A DNA stretch of 64,000 bases, from the NCBI GenBank assembly GCA_951406725.2, contig OX597831.1, positions 55,490,001 through 55,554,000 of the forward strand, read 5' to 3'. The translations under genes were made by a program, and so were the position numbers. Positions 38,165-52,210 of the stretch are shown piece after piece. Source of the stretch: Octopus vulgaris (lineage: Eukaryota). How positions within the stretch are numbered: the stretch's first letter is position 1; every line of letters starts with the position of its first letter. The notes under the pieces are model-generated. The model ran no database searches, was not told the origin of the DNA, and worked only from the letters and a program-made list of their open reading frames with translations.

Positions 38165-41100
38165 TAATACAAACTTTGACCCTCCACAAATCCCAAATTT
38201 TATTTTGGTTCATGGGAGCAACTGTTTTTCAAAGCCTCATATTGTTGTTGATTGCTTGAAATGTGGAGTAGATGAACAGCCAACAACTGATGAAGGGTCG
38301 TTCTTTATGTTACTTTTCTTGTTTTCCATTTGTTTCTCTCGTTTGCATACCCAAGTTTGCCTTTGTATTTCATGTTATTTACGTTTTGTAATGTCCTGTA
38401 CCCATATATGCATATATATATATATATATATATATATTATTTATATTATTATATGATTGAACGCCACACATCCATTTCCAAGTAAGTTTTATCTTATACA
38501 TATATATATATATATATATGGGGTATAAAACAAGCACCTGTTCAGGTAATGAGGTAAACGGAATGGCCAGAAGCAAGCATACATATACTGCCAGTAATTT
38601 AAGTGATTGACAAAAATTATCTGTGAAGCAAGTGAAATACTTGTGATACAATTAGTGACACAATCACTGAGTAGGAATGAGAGACGTGGCTTGAGTTCCC
38701 TTCAGTGACTCTTTTGTTCATTGTTTTCCTGTCTCTGTCCCTTTTTGTTATAAATTATACACTGCATTATATAATGAAAACTTAAGGTGACGAGCTGGCA
38801 GAATTGTTAGCATGCCAGGCGAAATGCTTAGTGGTATTTCGTCTGCCGCTACGTTCTGAGTTCAAATTCTGCCGAGGTTGACTGTGCCTTTCATCCTTTC
38901 GGGGTCGATTAAATAAGTACCAGTTACACACTGGGGTCGATGTAATCGACTCAATCCCTTTGTCTGTCATTGTTTGTCCCCTCTATGTTTAGCCGCTTGT
39001 GGGCAATAAAGAATTATATATAATGAAAACTTTGCTGTTAATTTATTGTAGATATGTATGTGGAGGCACATAGTTTAGTGGTTAAGGTGTTGGACTCATG
39101 ATTGTAGATTGCAATTTTGATTCGTGGACTGGGAAATGTGTTTGTGTTTTTAAACAAAACATTTCATTTCATATTGCTTTAGTCCACTCAGCTGGTAAAA
39201 ATTAGTAATCTTGTGATGGACCAGTAACCTGTCCAGGGTGGAATATATATGCCAGAGAAACCGGGAAACTGGCCCTATGCTTCTTATGGAGTGATGTAAC
39301 CTGACCATATATGTGTATGTATATATGTATTATGTGTGTATGTATATATGAGTAAATGTGTGTATGCACATATGAGTAAATGTGTGTTTGTACACACACA
39401 CATACACATATATGTATTATGTATGCATGTGAGTAAATGTGTGTGTGTGTGTTTGTATGTACACACACATACACACCCTCCTAATGGTTATAATGGTAGA
39501 GGTAAAAAAGAAAGGTATATTTTGAGCTGAAGAAAAATGAATTTTAATGGCTGAATTTTCACATGAAGTGTATTAATTGAAGAATCACTTTCTGAAAAGG
39601 ATGGAGCATGTTCACAAGCATATGCTTATATGAGAAGTAAAATTTATATATATATATATATATATATTTCATATGAATGAATTAAAAGCAGTATGTACAG
39701 AATATTCTTCTGATTATTTATTGTAAGTACATATTTTTTTACAAATAATCAGATGAAAAACATTTTTGTTTCATGATAAAGTGAAATAAAGAATTTTTGA
39801 TTTAATTGTTTTGTTATGTTTTTTTTTCTTTCTATTATATTTGAAGATGTAAATGAGGTCCTTTGTCATGTGGGTTAATTGATGACTGTCCATATTTACT
39901 TGTCTCTTGTCACTGATTCTGTTTTCCTATTGAGGACATTTACCATTCAAAACCTCTGTCCACCTAGGTAAACAGTTCCTTAACTCAGGATAATTAGTCC
40001 AGTCGGGATAAAACTGCATTTGATTGGAGTAATACATCAGTGGCGTGGAGGCACAATGGCCCAGTGGTTAGGGCAGTGGACTCGCGGTCGTAGGATTGCG
40101 GTTTCTATTCCCAGACTGGGCGTTGTGAGTGTTTATTGAGCGAAAACACCTAAAGCTCCACGAGGCTCCGGCAGGGATGGTGGTGATCCCTGCTGTACTC
40201 TTTCACCACAACTTTCTCTCTCTTACTTCCTGTTTCTGTTGTACCTGTATTTCAAAGGGCCGGCCTTGTCACTCTCTATGTCACGCTGAATATCCCTGAG
40301 AACTACGTTAAGGGTACACATGTCTGTGGAGTGCTCAGCCACTTACACGTTAATTTCACAAGCAGGCTGTTCCGTTGATCGGATCAACCGGAACCCTCAT
40401 TGTCGTAACCGACGGAGTGCTTCCATCCACATCAGTGGCACAGCAAGAGGAGTCAGAAATCTCATTTCCTCACTCTTTGATGTGTGATGAATCATTACAT
40501 TTCACAAAAGGGAGCAAGTCTTTTGCGAAATACAAAAAGAAAAGAAGAAAAAAAAACACTAGTCTACTCCAATTCTTTGGTCTAAGTTGTTTTTGAATGC
40601 TGGAACAAGCCTCGTGGCTGGGTGTGATTAAGGAAGATCTCCAGAGGCATAACGTCACTTTGGAGAGTGTAGAAGGGATGACATGGGACCACCAGCAATG
40701 GAAAGCACTGTTGGACTTGGTTGGCTCTGCTCATAATGACCACTAACCTGAGATGACCCCCCAGCCCCATCGAATAAGAACATGCAGCAGCAGCAATAAG
40801 CATTCTGCCAGAAAAACAAGGAATCAATAAGAATGTAAGGTAAAAGAGAAGGATGAAATACTGTAAATCTTTAGGAATTGACCCTGCCAAAATGTTCTTT
40901 TACGTTTATCAACATGGTTATAATAGTCCCTATGCAGGAGATACATGTCCTGGTGGGGGCTGATGAGGATAATGTTCTGATGTATTTCAGGCAACATGGT
41001 TATAAAATAGTATAGTAAGAGAAGAGTGTGATCCCATTATTTCATCCTTGTCCTTTACCTTCCTAACCTCTCCCACTAACAGTGTTATTCTGTTGTTTTA

Positions 41101-41731
41101 CTCTACTAGAGACATACCAGCACATAAGTGGAGGTGTTTATCTGATGTTTTTCACTCTTTTAAAAATCAAAATATACTCAAAATGAATGCTTTGGCATAT
41201 CACGAGGAGTCGGGTTCGGTTAGTCTGGATGCATTCTCTGCCATGCTGAATTTGATTTCCATTCCTCCTCTGCAGCAGATAATTACTCACAGTGGGACAT
41301 GATTAATTTTAGAAGGGACTCCTGTTTTTATAATCATGTGTTCTAATATTACATATTTATTATATAGCAGATTATACATCCAACAAATTTATTTATAAAA
41401 CTAAAATAGCTGAATATGAATAGAGGTTTTAAAACCTGCACCACATCAATATTTCTTAAATCGATAAAGTCTAAGAAGATAAAGTGACATTTGTGTTTTT
41501 GAAGCATGGATTGACACAGGAGCCTGTCAGACTTTTTTCTTAAATAATGGTTAACTTTATATAAATAGCTTAATAAATTTTATAGGCATAGGAGTTGCTG
41601 TGTGGTAAGTAGCTTGCTTACCAACCACATGGTTCCGGGTCCAGTCCCACTGCGTGGCACCTTGAGCAAGTGTCTTCTACTATAGTGAGTGGATTTGGTA
41701 GACAGAAACTGAAAGAAGCCCGTCGTATATG

Positions 41732-41764
<33 letters not shown>

Positions 41765-44620
41765 ATATGTTTTTGTGTCTGTGTTTGTCCTCCCAACATT
41801 GCTTGACAACCGATACTGGTGTATTTACATCCCCGTAACTTAGCAGTTCAGCAAAAGAGACCGCTAGAATAAGTCCTAAGGTCGATTTGCTTGACTAAAG
41901 GTGGTGCTCCAGCATGGCCAGAGTCAAATGACTGAAACAAGTAAAAGAGCTATTGCAGGTGTCATAAGACATTTACTTCCCAACCACATGGTTCCAGGTA
42001 CAGTGTTCATCACCAACATTGCTTGACAACAAGTGTTAGTTTGTTTATGTTCCTGTAGCTAAGCAGTTTAGCATAAGAAACGAATAGAATAAGTACCAGG
42101 CTTTAAAAAAAAGTATTGGAGTCAATTCATTCACCTAAACCCCTTCAAAGCAGTGCCCCAGCTGAAGTTTTAATAAAATGTTCCTGATGTATAGAGTCGA
42201 CCAATCACAAAATTCAATGTATCTTAAATTGTAGAGCACCTGAGCAATATACAATAAGTTCGTTATTATTAACTCAACAACTGTTTCTGTAAAGTTGGAA
42301 TAACAATAATTTAGAGGTATATTGGATTATACCTCGTTTTGTACAACACCTGTGTGATGAAAGAAAAGAATGAAACTATCAAGTTTGTGTCTCCAACACC
42401 TTTCAGTAATTGAGTAGATAACATGGCAGAGAACTTTGAGATGTAAGTTACTATTGAAATCAAAGAATCAGCACATAAGTTTACCATTTAGCTGAATGCC
42501 AAAACTAGTGTTTCTAATTGTATATAATTGATCAGCTTTGGTTGCTATATTGTTGATGTTCAGGTGAAGGATGAGTATTTGTTCTCTTGAAACAAAAACT
42601 ACATCACAAGGTATTTCTGGTCTGGTATCAACCTACTTTAGGAAACATTTTTTCATGCTGAGAGTTGCTGAAGCATGGAACAAACTGCCGGCATCAGTTG
42701 TTAGTTGTTGGAGCACTGCATCCTTCAAAACTTCCATGCTTTCTGCGATTCGCCAACACTACACCTGATTTTCTCCCCTCCATACACACACAAGCATGTA
42801 TCTGACTCATGCATTGTTCGCTTTCCAGACATTTGTACATTACTGCATGTGCTTTATATGCACTGTCTGACAAGTTGTGGTGCACCTGAGCACTGTATAC
42901 AATATTTTCATTATTATTATTTTATTATTACTTTGCAAAATATGGTGTACAGGGGCATAATTGCCAAGCTGGGGAACCAGCATTGCCCAGAGCAGAATCT
43001 GGGTTTATTGCATTCACAGCTAAGAAAACTCTTTCATTTACTGGTGAGCATTGTGCATCACCACCAAGATGTCATAGCCAAAACTATTTTTAACTTGTTT
43101 GTGGCGGCGAACTGGCAGAATCGTTAGCACGTCGGGCGAAATGCTTAGCGGTATTTCGGCTGCGGTTACGTTCTGAATTCAAATTCCGCCGAAGTCGACT
43201 TTGCCTTTCATCCTTTCGGGGTCGATAAATAAAGTACCAGTTTCGCACTGGGGTCGATGTAATTGACTTAATCCCTTTGTCCTTGTTTGTTCCCTCTATG
43301 TTTAGCCCCTTGTGGGTAGTAAAGAAATATATTTTTAACTTGTTTAAAGATGTCATAACTGGTGTACTATTTTTCTATATAAGTGGAAGCTAAATTTGTC
43401 TTAACATGTGGTTGTTAAGTGGATACCTTCAGCTGCTAATTCTCAAAGAAGCAGAAATCTAGATTCAGCAATTCCACTGTTGCTGCTGGATGCTTCTTTC
43501 TAGCTATTGATCTTCTGTGCTTTTTGGTACTATACGTCTATGAGACGCTGCCTTGAGATGTACCCACATCAAATAAAATCTTACTATAATGGGTGTTATG
43601 TCCATCTGTCTGTCTGTTCCCTCTTCATGGTCAAACGACTGGACCAATGGTGATGATGTTTTTGAAGGAGGTAATCAGGAAGGTTTTTAGCAAAAAATAA
43701 TGTGTAAAAGTATGATGATTCAGTGGATATTGAGTTTTGTATTAATAAATCACCTTTGATTTTTTTTTGATAAAATTCCAGCAACAAGAATTAACTCTGG
43801 ATTTCACTCATGTATAGTTTGTGAATTTAGAGGGTTTAGATTTGCAATCCTATCCCTTTATTTCCCATCGTAGTTGGGCAGATTTGCTATCTTACTATAA
43901 TGGGTGTTATATCGATCTCTTCGTTCCCCCTTCATGGCCAGATGGCTGGACAAATGGTTACATTTTTCGGGATTACAAAGCCGGTCGTCAGGAAGGTTTT
44001 TAGCATTAAAAAATCAGAAAGTATTATTATTTTGTGGATATTGATTTTTGAATCAATAAACTACCTCTGCATTTTTATTAAAAATTCACAGGCCACAAAT
44101 CTGGATTTTTATTGAATAGTTCGTGGCCCCATTGTAGATACAAAGGGGTCATGTGGATGGTAATAGCGAGGAACTGGCAGAATCGTTAGCACGCCGGGTG
44201 AAATGCTAAGAGGTATTTCATCTGCCGTTACGTTGTGAGTTCAAATTCCGCCGAGGTCGACTTTGCCTTTCATCCTTTCGGGGTTGATAAAATAAGTACC
44301 AGTTACGCACTGGGGTCGATATAACCGACTTAATCCGTTTGTCTTTCCTTGTTTGTCCTCTCTGTGTTTAGCCCCTTGTGGGTAGTAAAGAAATAAGTAA
44401 TAGCGAAAATAAAATGGAAAAAGTGTGTATGATTATTTAGTGGTTATTGAGGTGTGTCAGTCTCGAACGGGATTCAAAATGGGTTTTTGAAGCAGCCGTT
44501 ATTTATATCTCAGTTTTGCCAATCAAAATAACCCATGGTACTAGAACATCCAGACATTATTCACATAGAACAGCGAGAGGTAAGTCTTAGTTTGATTTTT
44601 TTTGTAACCCTACAGGTTCC

Positions 44621-44803
44621 GCTCATACATTCTCAGCAAACAAGGCACAGGGCCAGACTTTAGATTGTGTAGGTGTATTTTTACCCACTCTAATGTTTAC
44701 ATATCGCCAGTTATACATCACTATGAGTGGAGCAACGGACTTCAGTAATTTGGAACTTAGTGTCAACCAAACAGAAAATGTCATCTACAAAGAAGTTTTG
44801 TAA
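44621..44803 (+). mobile_element. Helitron PIF1-like helicase C-terminal remnant
   Basis: SANKAQGQTLDCVGVFL..MFTYRQLYITMS..TENVIYKEVL* matches the end of Helitron RepHel proteins. Confidence 0.8.
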
Positions 44804-44974
44804 TCATATTGATATTATCGAAAGGAATAGGATTCATAATTCAAATAAGGAAATTTGTGAACTTTGAATATATAAGAGTATAAACAAGTGTAAAATAGAG
44901 TAAATAACTAAAATAAAAGTATATCTAAATAACATTTTTTTTCTTACAGTTCTATATTTAAGAGATGAGGAATT

Positions 44975-45397
44975 ATGTGCATTATTTACATTCAACGGAT
45001 ATTTGTCCTCATCTTTTGTTGTTAACACGTTTCGGCTGATATACCCTCCAGCCTTCTTCAGGTGTCTTGGAGAAATTTTGAACCTGGGTTCTCATTCCTA
45101 AGGTATTTTTCGATGTTATTATTATTATTATTATTATTGTTGTTGTTGTTGTTCAGATCACTGCTTGGAATCAAACTCGGAATCTTGGGGTTAGTAGCCC
45201 ACGCTCTTAACCACTAGGCCATATGCCCGAACAACAATAATAATAATAATAACATTGAAAAATACCTTAGGAATGTGAACCCAGGTTGGAAATTTCTCCA
45301 AGACACTTGAAGAAGGTTGGAGGATATATCAGCCGAAAAGTGTTAACAACAAACAAGATGAGGACAAATATCCGTTGAATGTAAATAATGTACATTG
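44975..45397. repeat. Inverted repeat (about 160-bp arms) enclosing a tRNA-like SINE head
   Basis: Arms about 44975-45135 and 45230-45397; spacer on the minus strand reads GGGCATATGGCCTAGTGGTTAAGAGC..GAGTTTGATTCC. Confidence 0.7.
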
Positions 45398-45773
45398 TTT
45401 TCTTAATACTATTTATGTAATGGTCGAAGGAAGCTCTGGCTTTCATTAGGAGTGGTCCACATAACCATTCATGATACAAAGGCTGGGAGCCTATTTCAGT
45501 TTGGGAGTGAATTGTGATCACATGTCACTTAATCACAATCACATGTCATATAACTGCAATAGAATGCTCTATCACCAACAATAATATGATTTCTCTAAGA
45601 CATCACCCAGTAATCTATCAAGTCCATTTACACATTTCTCAATACATACTACTGTTATGACTTTTCCCCTTCATTTTATGCTTCCATTGTAAATGGGTAG
45701 ATTTGCTAGTATACAGAATGCTACATAAGAAAATTTTCAGTATTAAACAAAGTCAAAAAACACATAGGAAACA

Positions 45774-45779
45774 TTTATT
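45774..45779 (-). terminator. Candidate polyadenylation signal of SMIM7
   Basis: AATAAA on the minus strand about 385 nt past the stop; a second one at 45822-45827. Confidence 0.4.
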
Positions 45780-46163
45780 TTTTTCCTAATACATTTGTCT
45801 GTGCATAATATTTTCTGAAATTTTATTTACATATTTCAAAACTCAAATACATTAATTCATAGGCTCAATATTTATGAATATGTACATGCACATATATTCA
45901 AACATACAGATATTACTCACACACATTTCAAAATGCATAAACATTCATAGATCATACACATGCACACAACACTGACACACACACACATCATACACACAAT
46001 GTGCATTCATTCCCATTTATAATTGTATATGTATATAAATCAAGTATGAGTATAAACCACAATTCAATTCTTTGACACCAGTTTTCATTGAAAATCCCAA
46101 AACCATATGAATTACAAAATTCCATTCCAGACTTGCTGCATTTGAAGAACACCTCCACAAGGA

Positions 46164-46179
46164 TCAGTTACCAAATAAC
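46164..46179 (-). CDS. SMIM7: Small integral membrane protein 7, exon 5 (V-LFGN*)
   Basis: TTTTTAATAG acceptor then G TTA TTT GGT AAC TGA; completes ..FCMIVLFGN* (human ..FCMIVLFGS*, recalled). Confidence 0.85.
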
Positions 46180-46462
46180 CTATTAAAAATAGAGTTAAAT
46201 AAACTAAATACTTCATAACAGTTAGTCTAGTAGCTAGTTTAAAATTCATCCGTTTTAGTAAGGGAAATAAAGCATCTAATTGTAAAAGGATTAAAAAGTA
46301 AAAATGCTGTAAACCTCAGTTATGAGATCCAGTTTTATATCAAGCAGATGAGAAAGAAATTTCCTTCCCCACAGGAAAGATGGTAGTATTTCATCAGTTA
46401 AAATTCCTCAAAGATGTTACTTCTTCCCAACAACTACTTCAACAGAGGTAGATAGAATTGTA

Positions 46463-46810
46463 TTGGGCTGTCCAGAAAGTTCGTGCCGATTTTTAAAGGA
46501 AAGAAAATGGTCAATAAATACTTGCCATTACATTTTTAATCAACCAAATATGAACTATTTTATTGCACAATACGTCTCCATCCTTCCTTCAACTTGAAAA
46601 TACCCTCTTCCCAGAATTGAGGTGGTTTCATGGCAAACAATTCATCAAGGTACCTTTTTACGTCATCCAAGGAATTGAAATTTTTACCATTAAGACTATT
46701 CTGCAGAAACCTGAATAAGTGGAAATCCGAAGGAGCAATATCTAGTGAATATGGAGGGTGGGGTAACACATCCCAGCCGAGCTGCAGCAATTTTTGTCTG
46801 GTTCCCAAAG
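46463..46810 (-). mobile_element. mariner transposase 3' fragment with one TIR
   Basis: LGWDVLPHPPYSLDIAPSDFHLFRFLQN..GIFKL..W; TA followed by TTGGGCTGTCCAGAAAGTTCGTG terminus. Confidence 0.85.
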
Positions 46811-48430
46811 CATCAAGTGCCGAAAATGGATAAGACTAGATGTTCAGTCCGCTGCTGGACAAAGGCCTCAACATGTTATTTCTAGCAACCATGGTCTAAT
46901 GTGGAGGCCATGAATTTGAGCTCAAGATCATACTGGTTTGATGAGCCTATTCTTCCACACTGATTTGATATGGCTTGAAAGAGGGATGCAGTTTTTATTT
47001 TAAATATGTTTTTAAATATTCATACCAAGGAGTAGTTAAGTCAATTACATCCTAATTAATGTTAGCAAAGTATAGCAGTTAACTATCCAAGTGTAAAGGG
47101 TAAAGATTCACTTTGGTCATGAACAACATGGTATTGCACCTGCAGTTACCATCAGAGGCACAAATCTGGGCAAGGTTGTTTATGGATGACCAACAGTCAC
47201 CCATGTGTACCAGCTTCCCCTCCCCATTCCACTGATGTTATCCAAAGGAAAGGCAAAGGTTGATACCGTTTGACACTCATTTCTATAGCTGAATGAACTG
47301 GAGCAACATGAAGTAAAGTGTCTTGTTCAAGAACACAACACACAACCTGGTCCAGGAATTGAACTCACTACCTCATGGCTCTAACTACTGAGCCATGCAC
47401 CTTCATCCAAGTGAATTGAATGATTATACAAGAGACACAATAATTTTTCTACAAGATTACAGTCTCCATCACATTTGACTTTTTGCTTTGGAAAACACTT
47501 TCGTTTTTCAACCTGGGAAACTTCTACTGCTAAGAAGGTAAATATTTCCATAGGACTCTGGAAATGGAGAGTGTTATTATTTCTTCTGCAAATCTTAGTT
47601 GCAGCTGCTACATTAGAGATTTCCTTCTTCTGAGAGAGATGTCGAAACAAAGACTGGAGATCTTTCACTGCCAGCTGTTGGATGGCCATCGACTCTACTG
47701 AGTTTATCTGTTTTGACTGGTTTTTGTCAAGCAGGGTGTTCAAACTCTCAAGAGCAAATTGAACCACTTCATACAAAATTTGTCCCCACTTCCATTGTGC
47801 TTGCGTATAATTTATATTGCCAGTGTCCAGTCAGTGAAGCATGAAATAATCCTGCTAACATGCCTAATGAAATGTAGTAAAACAGTTGTGAAGGTAAGGT
47901 GTCACACATAGTGACTACATACAAATAGATACAACTTTAGCGTGCAATCAATTACTCCAGTCCTAAGCACCAACACTTAACCCTAATCTTAACCCAGATC
48001 AAGACATTTCACAGTGTTGACTATAGATACTGCAGCAGACTGCACGCTAAAGTAGCACCGAAAATTCTTACTTTAGTTGTTAGAGTTTATCGCCTTTGAG
48101 CACGGTACATAACTCTGCTTACTCCCCATTGTCTAACTGGGGATAAAAATTAAGATTTCTCATCTATTTCAAGGTTAAGTGGTTAGAAAGCAGTGTGAAA
48201 GCAATGGATATAATAACATGGACAAAAATATATACCATCTGATCTATGTAAACATGAAAACTAAAATGGATAGGAATCAGTAAAACAACCTTCTATTAAT
48301 ACATTAGTTTTTAATATAGGCCGTGATTACATCAGGGAGCTACTGAGTAACAATGCATTCGTGCACCTTCATGTTCTGAGTTCAAATTCCACTGAGTTAC
48401 ACTTTATCTTTCTTCCTTTCAGGGTCAATA

Positions 48431-48797
48431 AAATAAGTACCAGTTGAGCACTGGTCAATGTAATGGACTTAACCCCTTCCGTGAAATTGCTGGCCTTGTG
48501 CCAAAATTTGAGAACAATATGAATTTTTAATAGAGGCACAAGGGCACACACCAAGAGAGATTTTACAGTATACAGGCAGTCAGCTATTATAAAAAGTGCC
48601 AACTATAGTAAATTAAGTACCAGTTGAGCACTGGTCAACGTAATTGACTTAACCCCTCCCGTGAAATTGCTGGCCTTGTGCCAAAATTTGAGAACAATAT
48701 GAATTTTTAATAGAGGCACAAGGGCACACACCAAGAGAGATTTTACAGTATACAGGTAGTCAGCTATAATAAAAAGTGCCAACTATAGTAAATTAAG
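48431..48797. repeat. Recent tandem duplication, 180-bp period
   Basis: 48431-48610 repeated almost exactly at 48611-48797. Confidence 0.9.
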
Positions 48798-48877
48798 GGA
48801 TAAATTTCAAAGTTTTCTTTTTTGTTTTAATTTGGAGGTTGAATGAATGCAATAAGGAAAACAAGCAAAGGTACTTA

Positions 48878-49039
<162 letters not shown>

Positions 49040-49294
49040 TTAATTTTTTTTTCCATGTTTCTAATATTAAATGAAATATCAAGGGCAGAGGCTAGTAAAA
49101 CTAGTAGTAGTGGGAAAATCAAAATTGATTACACTTCCCCTTGTTATACAGTTAGTAGGTGAGAGCTAAATAAGCTCAGTATAGAAAATACATAGTAATG
49201 TTTGAATGAATTTGAACTTAAGTTCTGACATTTTCATCCAAGGCAAAGCCCATGGAATCAAGAGTGACTATAAGAGAAATCCAAATCGAACTGA

Positions 49295-50220
49295 TATAGA
49301 GGTAGTAAGATAGATAAACACAATAAGGCTTGATATGGAATAAAAATAAAGAAAATATAACTACATAAAGAAATTATGCAAAGTCTTATCTTGACAGCTG
49401 TTTCAGGAAGCCAAGAGTTACATAACAATCATAATTTGCAGGTGATATATGTGAAAAATCATAGGTATGCAACTGGTGATCAGTCAGATGAAGCTATAAC
49501 AGTAAGTCCAATTCTGTTTCCAAGAGAATTTTGGCAAATGATAGTCATATAGTAGTGCTTACAAATATAAAAGGGAGGAGGCGGATCAAAAGAGTGAGAA
49601 GAGAGGGTAGTTAACAGACAAGATAAGAGGGAGAAGAAACAACCCCAAACACAAAATAGAAAGAACAGAGAGAGAAGATAGGGTTAAAAGCCAGCCTGAT
49701 GAAAGCATGCCTCATGAGTGGTGAAAATACTCATTCACAAACAATAAAGTAGTTGAGAATGTTAATGGTCCAGACAAAGAGACATAGGGGAGATAAGCAT
49801 TGAGGTAAGGGAGTGTAGATTGTAGGAGAGGAGTGTGTGGTGAGAAAAAAAAAGAATGTTTGCTATGAGGAGAAATTTTGCTAATTACATGAGTAAAGAA
49901 GCTTAGCCATGAATGGGGAGAAATTATAATGATTTTACATAACGAGCAAATGTACACAAAACTTAGTTTTCAAGAATCTATCGAGTAACAAGGTGTTATT
50001 TTGGCATAAAACTGAGATTGGCTCTCAGCAACACAACTTAAACATATATTATCTGTAAATTGTGATTATTATATAACTCGTGACTTCCTGAAACAGCTGT
50101 TGAGATAAGACATTACATAATTTCTTTATATATATATCTAAAAAATTTTTATTCTATATTTTGTGCTCCATATAAATATGTATATCAAGCCTAATTGTTT
50201 ATCTATCTTCCTACTTCTCT
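49295..50220. repeat. Diverged inverted repeat (about 160-bp arms) in SMIM7 intron 3
   Basis: TCTTATCTTGACAGCTGTTTCAGGAAG and flanks recur inverted at about 50041-50220. Confidence 0.6.
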
Positions 50221-50786
50221 TTGTTAATTATGTTCATCCTCCTCTTCCTTGTCATTTAACATCAGTTTTCCATGCTGGAATGGGTTGGGTGATTTGATAG
50301 GAGCTGGTAAGCCTAAGGAGTGTGTCAAGCATCACTGTCTGCTTTGGCTTGATTTTCTATTGTTGGATATCCTTTCTAATGCCAACCACCTTACAAAGTG
50401 TATGGGTGCTTTTTATATGGTACCAACATCAGCAAAGTCACCAAATAATTTGTAAGGCAAGACTTCTTAACTAGAGAGGAGGAAGTGATATTGAGGGAGG
50501 TGGCTTTGTGCCAGATGGTGAGATGTTAGAGTATGAGAGAGAAGTAAAAATGGGGCTCTTGCAGTGGAGGAGAGAAATAAATAATAAATGGAAAGAACAA
50601 CGGATAACAGTATTGGTTTAACTGTGGACAAAGTCTTTTCGGGTTTAGTTACATCCTTTTATATACTGAGTTCAAAATCTGCTAGGATCAACTGGCTGAT
50701 TTCAAGTCAATTGATAATGTAGTTATGTTTACAATGTGAAAATCTTCATTGTTATCACAGTAAAACCAAAGAAATATTACAATTAC

Positions 50787-50836
50787 CAACTGTTGGTTCT
50801 GGTGAGGCTCCAAAGAGGTCATCTTTATTCTTTTTC
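50787..50836 (-). CDS. SMIM7: Small integral membrane protein 7, exon 3
   Basis: TTTCTAG/GTAATT; (L)KKNKDDLFGASPEPTV(G); phase 2 to 1. Confidence 0.9.
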
Positions 50837-50922
50837 CTAGAAAATAAAATTGAAGTCAATTAAAAATCACGAAATTGTGACACTGGTAAAGTGATTGTAA
50901 ATAATTTTTTAAATCATTCATT

Positions 50923-50978
<56 letters not shown>

Positions 50979-51510
50979 TACAAATATCACTGTATCAACA
51001 AAACTATCAGATGTCATTTTGCACTGCTGGTCACAGTGCATATCCTTGCATGTTTGTAACTTTTGAATGCTGCTGCTCTGCATGAGCAGGCCAACATTTC
51101 CCCCTGAACAGAATGCCAGTTTGTTGCAGGGTTAATTTTTTTCAGCTGAGTGCACTGGAGCAACATGAAGTGTTTTGCTCAAGAACACAACACACTGCCA
51201 CCCATCAGGGATAAAAAGGGTGAAGGGTTATGAATGACCATGAGATTGCACCTAGAAAGTTCCCCTCCGAGGCACAAGTCTGAGCAAGGTTGTTTATATA
51301 AAACCAGTTGTCGCCCATGCATACTAGCCTCTCCTCTTCATGCCATGCCACCAATGTTAAACCAAGGGAAAGGAAAAGGCTGAGACAGCTTAGCACCACA
51401 ACAGTTGAGTGAATTGGAGCAACTTGAAATAGAGTGTCATGCCCAAGAACACAACAGTCTAACCCATGCCAACATAGAATATAGACATTAAATTATATAT
51501 ATATATATAT

Positions 51511-52210
51511 ATGTGAGGTATACTTACCATCTCAATATGGCTAACCACTAAGGGTGGGTGTTACTGTAGCTTGTAGCCCCAGGAGATCATCGTCTCCAGC
51601 TGGCTTTAGACACACTTTCTGTGCCCTTCTGATATTCGCAAAGGGAGGTCATCTCCTCTCGAAAACCTAAGTGGTACATACGGACTATAGTATCGAGGTT
51701 TTTGCCTCTCGTCAACGTACGGTAATCACCGGTTTTCGATTGGGGAGACCTGTTTGCGAATATCTATTTAATGTTTTTCCCAGCAACCACTGTCACTGAT
51801 TTAGAAAAACTGTCTGAAAGCATTAATAAATCTCTGAACGAGATGTAAACAGTAACCGCTCGACAACGTAAAGTGTACTAGCCATCTGAATGTGGTTAGC
51901 CACTGGGGGTGGGTGTTACTGTAGCTTGTAGCCCCAGGAGATCATCGTCTCCAGCTGGCTTTAGGCACACTTTCTGTGCTCTTATGGTATTTGCAAAGGG
52001 AGGTCATCCCTCCCTCGTCAACCTAAGTGATACGCACGGACTTCAGTTTCTAGGTATTGATCTGTTGTCGGCATATGACAATCACCGGTTTTCGATGAAG
52101 GGAGTCCCAATGCAAATCCAGCTGGAGACGATGTTCTCCTGGGGCTACAAGCTACAGTAACACCCACCCTTAGTGGTTAGCCATATTGAGATGGCAAGTA
52201 TACCTCACAT
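51511..52210. mobile_element. Unclassified element: diverged direct repeat plus an inverted terminal copy
   Basis: Block at 51511-51740 is repeated at about 51880-52100, and its first ~93 bp recur inverted at 52117-52210; flanked by TA tracts. Confidence 0.6.

Noticed and set aside
38287-38310. CTGATGAAGGG hammerhead half-core (also CTGATGA at about 49696)
   Set aside because: No matching stem II plus GAAA and cleavage triplet downstream.
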